This document shows positions 24,458-35,939 of a stretch of DNA of 64,000 nt, in pieces (position 1 is the first letter of the stretch; each line of letters starts with the position of its first letter). The position numbers and the translations under genes are program-made. This stretch comes from Heptranchias perlo (lineage: Eukaryota): NCBI RefSeq assembly GCF_035084215.1, contig NW_027138881.1, forward strand, positions 434,001-498,000, read 5' to 3'. Below the pieces are notes generated by a model that worked only from the letters and a program-made list of their open reading frames with translations, was not told the DNA's origin and did not search any database.

Positions 24458-24988
24458 TTGTGTATAGATGTGGCAAATGTGTTCCAAAGGGAGCCTGTGT
24501 ATAGATACATAGTCTCAGATAAGGGGTCGCCCATTTAAGACAGAAATGAGGAGGAATTTCTTCTCCCAGAGGGTCGTGAATCTTTGGATTTCTTTACCTC
24601 AAAAAGCTGTGGAGGCTGAGTCATTGAATACATTCAAGGCTGAGTTAGACAAATTTGTGATTAGCAAGGGATTCAAAGGATATGGGGAAAAGGCGGGAAA
24701 GTGGAGTTGAGGTAAAAATCAGATCGGCCGTGATCTCAATAAATGGCGGAGCAGGCTCGAGGGGCCGAATGGCCTACTCCTGCTCCTATCTCTTATGTGG
24801 GGAATGTGTTACTGAAGGGAGCCTGTGTGTAGATGTGGGGAATGTGTTCTGGAGGGAGCCTGTGGGTAGATGTGGGGAATGTGTTCTGGAGGGAGCCTGT
24901 GTGTAGATGTGGGGAATGTGTTCTGGAGGGAGCCTGTGTGTAGATGTGGGGAATGTGTTCTGGAGGGAGCCTGTGGGGAATGTGTTAC
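24458..24988. repeat. 37-bp minisatellite interrupted by a CR1 3' fragment (24507-24796, +)
   Basis: Unit GGGAGCCTGTGTGTAGATGTGGGGAATGTGTTCTGGA, ~5 copies at 24796-24988, plus a diverged copy at 24458-24507. Confidence 0.88.
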
Positions 24989-25696
24989 TAATTGTTTGTT
25001 TGTTTTTTTTCACAATATCAATTGAATAGTTACAATGTCACTAGACATAGTCCAAAATGTTCAATTTTGAAGTTGAATTCTGATCGTTTCCATTTGACCT
25101 GGGCTTACCCATGTATTTACTATCATGGGAGACTATAGGTATTGATCTTGCACTGAGTTCTTATTAGTAAAACTGAGTGGCAATTTTTGGCTGATTAAAT
25201 GTCAAAGTTGCCATCTCTAGGACATTCCAGGACTAGAGTTTTCACCTCGCCTGTGACATTTTCCAGTTTGATGCACTTAATGATATCACGTGATGGTGAA
25301 AGCCTGTGTGGGAGGAGTGTAGTCCAGGATAGTTCAGTACACAACAAGCTGTCTTTACTTTATCTCAATAAGATGACAATTGTACTGAAGTTATAATGTG
25401 GGGAAACAGTCAGTAGGACTTCTCAGTGCCTCCGTTATGTACTGTACTAATAGGACCGGAACTTTATAGCATGTTTCTATTGCATAGTTGCTTCTATATG
25501 GAAAATAGGTCATGCTTTCACAACTGACTATATAAGCTTCAAAATCATAACAGTCGCAATGCCTTTGGTACCCCACCTGCTTGTTGGTGCATTGAGTGGG
25601 TAAAAACTGAACTAAACCATTAACACCATCAAAAAGTCCAAATTCAGACCCTAATCAGTGCTGAGTTATCTGATCACAGCACACCTGGCAGTGGTT

Positions 25697-27906
25697 AATT
25701 CAGGAGTAAACGTTTTAAATTGGGGGAAGGCAAATTTTACAGAACTAAGAGGTGATTTGGCAGAAGTGGACTGGACACAACTACTTGAGAAATCAGTGGC
25801 AAGCCAGTGGGAGGCACTAAAAAGTGAAATTCTACGGGTACAATGCAGACACGTCCCCTCAAAGAAAAAGGGTGGCACTGTCAAATCTAGAGCTTCCTGG
25901 TTGTCCAGAAGTATACAGGGCAAGATAAAGCAGAAGAAGAAAGCTTATGACTGTCACAGAAAACAAAATACTGCAAAAAGCCTAGAGGAGTATAGAAAGT
26001 ACAGGGATGATGTAAAAAAGGAAATAAGGAAAGCAAAGAGAGGGCATGAAAAAATATTAGCTCGTAAGATTAAAGAAAACCCAAAGATGTTTTATCAGTA
26101 CATTAAGAACAAGAGGATAGCTAAGGAAAAGGTGGGACCTATCAGGGATGATAAGAGTAACTTGTGTGTAGAAGCAGAAGATGTGGGTAGGGTTTTAAAT
26201 GAATATTTTGTCTCCATATTCACAAGGGAAAGGGATGATCCATAGTAGTTAAAGAGGAGAGATGTGTAATATTGGATAAGGTAAACATAATGAGAGAGGA
26301 AGTACTAGAGGAACTGGAATCCTTGCAAGTTGATAAGTCACCAGGGCCGGATGGATTGTTTCCTAGGCTTTTGAAGGAAGTCAGGGAGGAAATAGCGGAT
26401 GCTCCGAGGATCATTTTCCAATCCTCACTAGATACAGGGGAGGTACCGGAGGACTGGAAGACTGCAAGCGTAGTACCATTGTTTAAAAAGGGTACGAGGG
26501 AAAGGCCGAACAATTATAGGCCGGTCAGTCTTACCTCGGTGGTGGGCAAACTATTAGAATCAATACTGAGAGATAGGATGAACTGTCACTTGGAAAGGCA
26601 TGGTTTAATCAGGGATAGTCAACATGGATTTGTTCAGGGAAGGTCATGCCTTACAAATCTGATTGAATTCTTTGAGGAAGTGACAAGGAGGATTGATGAG
26701 GGTAGTGCAATGGATGTTGTCTACATGGATTTTAGTAAGGCATTTGACAAGGTCCCACATGGCAGACTGGTCAGAAAGGTAAAAGCCCATGGGATACAGA
26801 GAAATGATTAGAATTGGAACCAAAACTGGCTCAGTAACAGGAAACAAAGGGTAAAAGTCAATGGATGTCTTTGTGAATGGAAATCCGTTTCCGGTGGTGT
26901 GCCACAGGGCTCAGTGTTGGGTCCCTTGCTGTTTGTGGTATATATTAATGATTTGGACTTGAATGTAGGGGGCATGATTGGCAAATTTGCAGACGACACA
27001 AAAATTGGCCGTGTAGTTGATAGTGAAGAGGATAGCTGTAGACTCCAAGAAGATATCAATGGGTTGGTGGAGTGGGCGGAAAAGTGCCAAATGGAGTTCA
27101 ATCCAGAGAAGTGTGAGGTAATGCACTTAGGGAGGGCAAACAGTAAAAGGGAATACGCAGTAAATGGGAATATATTGAGAGGGGTAGAGGAAGTGAGAGA
27201 CCTTGGAGTGCATGTGCACAGGTCCCTGAAGGTGGCAGTACAGGTAGATAAGGTTGTGAAGAAGGCATACGGAATGCTCTCCGTTATTAGCCGAGGTATA
27301 GAATACAAAAGCAGGGATGTAATGATGGAACTGTATAAAACGTTGGTAAGGCCACAGCTGGAGTATTGTGCGCAGTTCTGGTCACCACATTACAGGAAGG
27401 ATGTAATTGCTCTGGAGAGAGTGCAGAGAAGATTTACAAAGATGTTGCCAGGTCTTGAAAATTGCAGCTACGAGGAGAGATTGTTTAGGCTGGGGTTGTT
27501 TTCCTTGGAGCAGAGGAGGCTGAGGGGAGACTTGATTGAGGTGTACAAAATTATGAGGGGCCCAGATAGAGTAGACAGGAAGTTCCTGTTTCCCCTAGCG
27601 GAGAGTTCAAGAACTAGAGAACGTAGATTTAAGATGATTGGTGGAAGGATTGGAGGGGACATGAGGAAAATTTTTTTTACCCAGAGTGTGGTGGGTGTAT
27701 GGCATTCGCTGCCGAATTGGTGGTAGAGACAGGGACCCTCAACTCTTTTTAAAAAGTATTTGGACCTGCACCCAAAGTGCTGTAAGCTGCAGGGCTACGG
27801 ACCGGGTGCTGGAAGGTGAGATTAGAATGGGCACCTGGTTGTTCTTCGAGCCGGCGCGGACACGATGGGCCGAACAGCCCCCTTCTGTGCTGTATCTTTT
27901 CTATGG
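25697..27906 (+). mobile_element. Young CR1 (subfamily A), 5'-truncated, in MYMK intron 2
   Basis: RT ORF pieces 25658-26245, 26272-26811 and 26899-27726. Visibly near-identical to the copies at 31342, 35940 and 58906. Confidence 0.95.
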
Positions 27907-28713
27907 TTTGCTACAATTGGCCTCAGAATTCCTGGCCTCAAAAGCAAACTGATTGCCCAGGGCAGCCAGTCCTATACTGCTCAGTGACCCCGCTGGAAAG
28001 TGTGTGAGAGTGAGTATTGGATGTGAACAGGATTTCATTCTGATGTGATGCCCCCAAAATCAAATAGTGTGCAGTACTCACTATCCAACCTCACATGAAG
28101 AATGGCCACTTAAACAAAGTATCAGGCAATGCCTGGTGCCCATCAGATTGTAGACCAGCACAAGTCATTATCTTTCAAAGTGGAAATATAAGGTAAAAAA
28201 TTGGAGGAAGAAGCTGCATTTTGTGTAGTTGAAAATTTCCCATGTGTCATAATTAGCACAATGGCTCAGAACACGGAGTGATTCGTACTTGTGATTCTCT
28301 ACATGCTGAAGTTTCCCATATGAGACTCACCACCTTGGAAAGGCAGTTAGTAAGGCAAGGCCCTTTCCCAAAGGGAGGGGGTGGAAAATCAGAGGGAGAG
28401 GGAGAGGGTGATTAAAAATGTACTTTTATCTCTATTAAATTTCTGATTTGGATTCTTTATGGTTAGAATCAGCATATAAGGGGTTAAAATACCAAAGGCA
28501 CACAGGGTATTTCTCTGAGAGTAGACAGGCTGGCAGCGAGTTGCTAAGAAAAACACAGCGGATTGTCTAAGGTGTTAATTGTTTATCTAATTGCTGTTTC
28601 TAGAAACTTGCTGTGCATAAAATGGCTATTACATTTTCTTACATAACAGTAATTTGTGTGAAACAATAAGTAACTATAAAAATGCAAATATTTCTTTCTT
28701 ATTTGCTATTTAG

Positions 28714-28862
28714 CATTAGCAGAATTTGAGGAACCAAAAAGATCTACTTTGGTTATGTTTGGAGTGCTGACTTTGAGTGTGCGGATCTATCAAGATCGAT
28801 GGGGCTATGGTGTTTACTCCGGACCAATTGGAACAGCTGTCTTCATGATAACCATCAAATTT
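28714..28862 (+). CDS. MYMK: Myomaker coding exon 3
   Basis: (A)LAEFEEPKRSTLVMFGVLTLSVRIYQDRWGYGVYSGPIGTAVFMITIKF, 149 nt, ttag| acceptor and |gtacgt donor. Confidence 0.97.
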
Positions 28863-29547
28863 GTACGTAGGGTCACTGAAGTGTTCAAACATGCCTGTGT
28901 GCAATATCACTATTACTGTTCATTATATACAGGTCCCCTAGTATTCTGTGGTTACGTGGCTATTCCTCTGTCCTGGTCTTTTTCCTATTTCAGTATTCCA
29001 TCTGTTTAATAAGCAACCTAGAAGCAGCATAATAAAGCAATGTCTATTAATCCAGACTTTGGATTACTTAGCTGTGAGACTGCCCATTGTGTAAATTTGC
29101 CTGCTTCTTTTGAGAATTTTGCTACTTTTAAATATTATTCTCCCCATCCCCCATTGCTGAGGGGATTATAACTCCCTATATAACTATTACTGAATTGAAA
29201 GTTGCCTGAGCCTCTGCTGATGCTGCTCTGCAACCAGTTGGTAGAAAGTAAAGTGAGGGTATGTCCACTTACCCTCTGACCCTCCCTCTGGTTTAATTGC
29301 TGCATTGTGCCTAGGAACTCCTCAGACAGCCCAGTACAGATCAGAAACTCATTGTGTGGAGTAGCTTTACAGAGAAACCACTTTCACTTGGTGGCGTGTT
29401 GACATTTCTAGTGCTTGGATGCAGCAGCTTATAATGGGATGGGGGAAAGACACATTTTAATTGTTTAACAGAAAATTCTTGATATAAAGGATAATATATT
29501 TAAATATAAACTAGATTGCTGAATAATTGCTACTTTTAATTTCACAG

Positions 29548-29664
29548 TTAAAGAAGATGAAGGACAAAAAAGGCCTTTACCCTGATAAAAGCATCTACAC
29601 ACAACAAATTGGCCCTGGCTTCTGCTTCGGGGCACTAGCCTTGATGCTGCGATTCTTCTTTGAG
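29548..29664 (+). CDS. MYMK: Myomaker coding exon 4
   Basis: LKKMKDKKGLYPDKSIYTQQIGPGFCFGALALMLRFFFE, 117 nt, acag| acceptor and GAG|gtacaa donor. Confidence 0.97.
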
Positions 29665-30324
29665 GTACAATGGAGGCATTTTCATTTTCAGCTATGACAA
29701 TTAATAGCTGGGAGAACATCTTTTCACTTCTGATAGATTTCAGATTTCCCTTTTGTTCATATTACAGTTCAGTTCTTTGCCATTTATTACTGACACCACC
29801 GAGTGAATCAACATCACAAAGTCCCATGTAACATAGCTTTCTATCAAACTAATAATTGTACTAAAAAATACAGCTTTTTTCAGATGTCCCATACCCTCAC
29901 CTTGCACCGTTCCTCAGCTGAGAAGAGACCAACTGAGCTGCTGCCGGCCGCTGCCAGTGTAGTCCTACATTTGGCCACTAATATCTGTGACCGAGCAGCT
30001 CAGGGGCCGTAGTCCTCTGATATTCCATCCCTCTCGTTCCACGACCTACAAACTCTAACACCTCCTAAACAGTTAACCAAGATTACTTTTGGTCAGCCAC
30101 ATATCTGATGTGTAAAAACTCAGGACCATGTTTAAGAGTGAATTCTGAAGTGGGTGAGAGTGAGATGAACAATATTGTGATGGACAAAATAAAAATGTTT
30201 GACCAGTTAGTTAGGCTAAAGGAAGATAAAGCACCAGGACCGAGGGGATATATCCCAGGATCTTGAGGGAGGAAATTGCTGAGGCTTAGAAATTGGATCG
30301 CGCCTCACCCATTTTACAGGCCCA

Positions 30325-31159
30325 TCTGTGCCCACGTACAGCTTGACCTGGACAACATCCAGGCTTGGGCTGATAAATGGCAAGTAACATTTGCGCCAGA
30401 CAAGTGGCAGGCAATGACCATCTCCAACAAGAGAGAGTCCTCTTCACATTCAACGGCATTACCATCACCGAATCCCCCACCATCAACATCCTGGGGGTCA
30501 CCATTGACCAGAAACTTAACTGGACCAGCCACATAAATACTGTGGCTACAAGAGCAGGTCAGAGGCTGGGTATTCTGTGGTGAGTGACTCACCTGACTCC
30601 CCAAAGCCTTTCCACCAACTACAAGGCACAAGTCAGGAGTGTGATGGAATACTCTCCACTTGCCTGGATGAGTGCAGCTTCAACAACATTCAAGAAGCTC
30701 GACACCATCCAGGACAAAGCAGCCCACTTGATTGGCACCCCATCCACCACCCTAAACATTCACTCCCTCCACCACTGGCGCACAGTGGCTGCAGTGTGTA
30801 CCATCTGCAGGATGCACTGCAGCAACTCGCCAAGGTTTCTTCGACAACACCTCCCAAACCGCGACTTCTACCACCTAGAAGGACAAGGGCAGCAGGCGCA
30901 TGGGAACACCACCACCTGCACGTTCCCCTCCAAGTCACGAACCATCCCGACTTGGAAATATATCACCGTTCCTTCATCGTCGCTGGGTCAAAATCCTGGA
31001 ACTCCCTTCCTAACAGCACTGTGGGAGAACCTTCACCACACGGATTGCAGCGGTTCAAGAAGGCGGCTCACCACCACCTTCTCAAGGGCAATTAGGGATG
31101 GGCAATAAATGCCAGCCTGGCCAGTGATGCCCACATCCCACAAATGAATAAAAAAAAAA
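30325..31159 (+). mobile_element. CR1-group LINE family B, 3' fragment with A tail
   Basis: DLDNIQAWADKWQVTF, YKAQVRSVMEYSPLAW, tail GGGCAATAAATGCC...GAATAAAAAAAAAA. Confidence 0.9.
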
Positions 31160-31341
31160 GGGTCCAATATGGCAAGCACGTGCTCATTCCACACTGGAAG
31201 TACAGCACCTGCCATATTGGTAATGGCTCCTGCATAGGTGTCAAGAGTGCACACCTGAAACAGAGATAGGTTCCTTATTTGCAAAGGGCCTAACGCCTAT
31301 TTGAAGCCTCCTTTGCAAAATTCACCTGCGACTGTGGCAGA

Positions 31342-32998
31342 AAGAGGTGAGGTGTGAAATATTGGATAAGGTAAACATAACGAGAGAGGAAGTACTAGAG
31401 GGACTGGAATCCTTGAAAGTTGATAAATCACCAGGGCCGGATGGATTGTTTCCTAGGCTATTGAAGGAAGCCAGGGAGGAAATAGCGGATGCTCTGAGGA
31501 TCATTTTCCAATCCTCACTAGATACAGGGGAGGTACCGGAGGACTGGAAGACTGCAAGCGTAGTACCATTGTTTAAAAAGGGCACAAGGGAAAGGCCGAA
31601 CAATTATAGGCCGGTCAGTCTGACCTCGGTGGTGGGCAAACTATTAGAATCAATACTGAGAGATAGGATAAACTTTCACTTGGAAAAGCATGGTTTAATC
31701 AGGGATAGTCAGCATGGGTTTGTTCAGGGAAGGTAATGCCTTACAAATCTGATTGAATTCTTTGAGGAAGTGACAAGGAGGATTGAAGAGGGTAGTGCAG
31801 TGGATGTTGTCTACATGGATTTTAGTAAGGCATTTGACAAGGTCCCACATGGCAGACTGGTCAGAAAGGTAAAAGCCCATGGGACACGGAAATGTGGCGA
31901 ATTGGATCCAAAATTGGTTCAGTAACAGGAAACAAAGGGTAAAAGTCGATGGATGTCTTTGCGAATGGAAATCCGTTTCCGGTGGTGTGCCACAGGGCTC
32001 AGTGTTGGGACCCTTGCTGTTTGTGGTATATATTATTGATTTGGACTTGAATGTAGGGGGCATGATTGGCAAATTTGCAGACGACACAAAAATTGGCCGT
32101 GTAGTTGATGGTGAAGAGGATAGCTGTAGACTCCAAGAAGATATCAATGGGTTGGTGGAGTGGGCGGAAAAGTGGCAAATGGAGTTCAACCCGGAGAAGT
32201 GTGAGGTAATGCACTTAGGGAGGGCAAACAGTAAAAGGGAATACGCAGTAAACGGGAATATATTGAGAGGGGTAGGGGAAGTGAGAGACCTTGGAGTGCA
32301 TATGCACAGGTCCCTGAAGGTGGCAGTACAGGTAGATGAGGTTGTGAAGAAGGCATACGGAATGCTCTCCGTTATTAGCCCAGGTATAGAATACAAAAGC
32401 AGGGATGTAATGATGGAACTGTATAAAACGCTGGTAAGGCCACAGCTGGAGAATTGTGCGCAGTTCTGGTCACCACATTACAGGAGGGACGTAATTGCTC
32501 TGGAGAGAGTGCAGAGAAGATTTACAAGAATGTTGCCAGGTCTTGAAAATTGCAGCTACGAGGAGAGATTGGATAGGCTGGGGTTGTTTTCCTTGGAGCA
32601 GAGGAGGCTGAGGGGAGACTTGATTGAGGTGTACAAAATTATGAGGGGCCTAGATAGAGTAGACAGGAAGTACCTGTTTCCCCTAGCGGAGAGTTCAAGA
32701 AGTAGAGGCCATAGATTTAAGCTGATTGGCGGAAGGATTAGAGGGAACATGAGGAAAAACTTTTTTACCCAGAGTGTGGTGGATGTATGGAATTTGCTGC
32801 CCGAATTGGTGGTAGAGGCAAGGACCCTCAAACTTTAAAAAAAAAAAAATACCTGGACCTGCACCCAAAGTGCTGTAAGCTGCAGGGCTACAGACCGGGT
32901 GCTGGCAGGTGGGATTAGAATGGGCACCTGGTTGTTCGTTGAGCTGGTGCGGACACGATGGGCCGAATGGCCCCCTTCTGTGCTGTATCTTTTCTATG
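31342..32998 (+). mobile_element. Young CR1 (subfamily A), 5'-truncated, in MYMK intron 4
   Basis: RT ORFs 31347-31736 and 31879-32838, followed by the subfamily tail. Confidence 0.95.
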
Positions 32999-33169
32999 GT
33001 GCCTTGCATGCTGCAGTCGATATTCTCAGGCACTTGATAGTCAAACCAGTGGCCCTTAAAAGGACTGCTGGAGGCTGCCACTGGAAAGGCAAGTTTGAAT
33101 TCTTTTACTTTATTGTGGAGCCAGGAAGAATTACTTCAGCTATTTCTCTGCCCACCTATCAAGCTTGTG

Positions 33170-34900
33170 AAGATCCTTTTGAATTTGTGCTCATTGATAA
33201 TCATTTGCCACTGCTCCCAATTTGGTATCATCTGCAAATTTGGACACAATTGCTTCCTCTAAATAAAAATTACAAATAATAGCAGCCCCAACACTGAACC
33301 TTGTGGCACCACACTGGTAACTGGCTGTCAACCAGATACCTGACTGTGCACTACTACTCTTTGCTGTCTACCAACCAACCATTTGCCTATCCATTTTAAT
33401 ACATTCCCATTTATCCCCTGAGCTTGGATCTTATGTAGTAGTCCATTATGTGGGACAGTGTCAAATGGCTTCTTGAAATCCAGGTAGATAACATCCACTG
33501 TCTCTCCCCTATCTACAAAGTCTGTCATCTCCTCAAAAAATCTAATAAATTAGTCCAGCATGACCTCCTACTCCTAAAACCATACTGACTGCCTTGGATT
33601 GGCTCATGCCCCTCAAGATGCTCCCTTATATTATCCTTCATAATATTTTCAAGTATTTTCCCAACAATGGAAGTAAGATTTACAGGTCTATAATTTGACG
33701 GTTCATCCCTTGCCCCTTTTTTTGAAGATGGGAGCCACATTTGCTACTTTCTAACCTCTGGGATTTGATCCAAGTCCAGTGAACTCTGAGAAATATCCAC
33801 AAGAGAACTCCCAGTTATTGAGCCAATTCCTGCAGAGCCAAGAGCCTCATTTACTTTGAACTTGAACAGCCTCCCCAGGATGTCCTCTCATGATTTTACA
33901 ATTTTTCAGACTACATTCATCTTTAAACTGTACCCCTGATTCTAGCATTTCTTTCTCCATTTCTTTTGTGAACAATGACTGTTAAATACTTCAGCAATTT
34001 CTCTATCTTCAGACATCATTTCCTCATTGTCATTGTTTAGTGGACTGACCCTTCTTTGCACCCTTTGTTTACTCCTGACTTAACTGAAGAATGCTTTACT
34101 GTTTTGCCTAAAGTTTCCAGCGATGTTTTCCTCGTGATCCGTCTGCAGCCCGTAACAATTCTTAGCATTCCTCAGCCTATCTTTATAGATCTCCCTATCT
34201 TGTTCCTTTCCTGAACATTAAAATAAATTGTATGCTTTCTTTATGCTTTGTTAGTAAGCCAAACTGGTTATACTCTTTTATTCTGCCCTGACCTATTCCA
34301 GGGATACATTCCTTTTGCATCTTAATAAATATCCTTTTGAAATTGCCAGAACATTATTCTCACTTACTTCTACTTTGCTAATTGTTCCCTCCTCATTCGT
34401 TAGAACTAAATCCAACATTACACTACCCCTTGTGGACTCCTTAACGTACTGTTTAAGAAACAAGTCTCACACAATTTCAATAAATTCCTGCTCGATGCAG
34501 ATTGTCCCCATTGTGCATTGCAGTCAATATGAGGAAGATTGAATTCCCCCAAGATTACTACTGAAGACTTGGCACTCAACTGTTTCATCGTCTCCCAAAA
34601 AACTGCATCAGCCTTCCTTTGATTATTTGGTGGCCTATAGCACATTCATATTACTAACTTTTCCCCTTTACTGTCTTTTAATTCTATCCACTCAGTACCA
34701 CTTTCTGCATCCAACCCTGTTGTAACTAGTCCCTATCTTAACAAATAATGCCACCACCAATCCTTCCTAAAACACACAAAACCCTGCGTTAACTCCCCAA
34801 CCATTATTTGATTTCAACCAGGTTTTGGTCAGCTCATGGGGTCAGCTTGTGCTCAAGCTCAGCATTTTTCTGCTCGAGCAACACAACCTTCCAACACCTT
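33170..34900 (-). mobile_element. Old decayed CR1 ORF2 fragment
   Basis: YRPPN, GEFNLPHID, NYRPVNLTS, YLDFKKPFDTVPH on the minus strand. Confidence 0.8.
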
Positions 34901-35221
34901 ATGCATGTGTATCCTCCTGGATATCTTGTGGATACAGGAAAGTCAACATCATGCACTTCACACACATAACTGACTTTGCAATTGCATTTACCATTTTTCT
35001 AAATCGAAGTTTGTAATAATTAAACAAATAGCTGTCACTTTTCCTGCTTCTGACAAACTGTCAGCCTTCCCTGTCAGAACATCTCGTCTCAGCCAAGTGA
35101 CCACTGATGCAGTCGTCCTTCCTGTGACCCAGCTGAATAAGAGCAAGCCAAACCTTTCTGCTTTGCATATGAAGCTCCAGGCTTTTCTAGGTCTCTGGGG
35201 GAAATATTGGTTAATGGAAAA

Positions 35222-35411
35222 GCAAACTGGGCGCGATGTAAAGCAGACTGTCGACTCGCTGTGAGCCTGTCTCGCACTACTGGCAAAACCGGTCGTGGTG
35301 CAAAGCAGGCTGTCTACTCGCTGTGAGCCCATCTCTCGCTACGGGCAAAATTGGGCGTGATGTAAAGCAGGCTGTCGACTTGCTGTGAGCCCGTCTCACG
35401 CTATTGGCAAA
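35222..35411. repeat. 62-bp tandem repeat, 3 diverged copies
   Basis: AAAGCAG(A/G)CTGTC(G/T)ACT(C/T)GCTGTGAGCC recurs at 35240, 35302 and 35364. Confidence 0.85.
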
Positions 35412-35939
35412 GACCAATTTGACCCCCTGTGTGTCTGTTCCCCGAGCCTGCAGCAATTTCATGCACGTATTTCCAGCGATTTTCATTTTTCACATCATTG
35501 GGAAATTCTGAACTTGTGCAAAATCACTACTTTGCAACATAACAAAAATAATTGATCCCATTATTACCAGAAAATGACGTTTTTTGTCCAATTATTATGC
35601 AAGTTTTATGATCTTACCACTTTTCTCCAGTCACTTAAATGCTGGAAATGCTGTTTTAAAAAAAAACAAACTGATTTTTACAAAATCATGCTCCTGTTGT
35701 TGGGTCTTGCAGAAGCAAATGGGGAAAATGGCAGGTGCACTTGCCATGATTTTCCATCCATTGATTTTAATGAATGGAAATTCGCAAGGACCATGCACAC
35801 AAATTCCAGAATGCACACCTGCCAGAGGTGGCACCTCGCTGGCAGTGTGCATTCATAACGTCACCCCATACCTGAATTGCACCCACAAAAGGCTGTGGGT
35901 TCAGTCATAGTAAGATGTGCGCGCTGACCGACATTGGCT

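Noticed and set aside
18848-24988. Regular 23-37 bp repeats resembling CRISPR arrays
   Set aside because: Head-to-tail units with no unique spacers, no cas genes, and a eukaryotic context.
35690-35860. Imperfect palindromes (also ~31165-31220, with related sequence at ~160-280 and 55197-55300) as possible structured ncRNA
   Set aside because: More simply relics of non-autonomous DNA transposons; ends too decayed to call.
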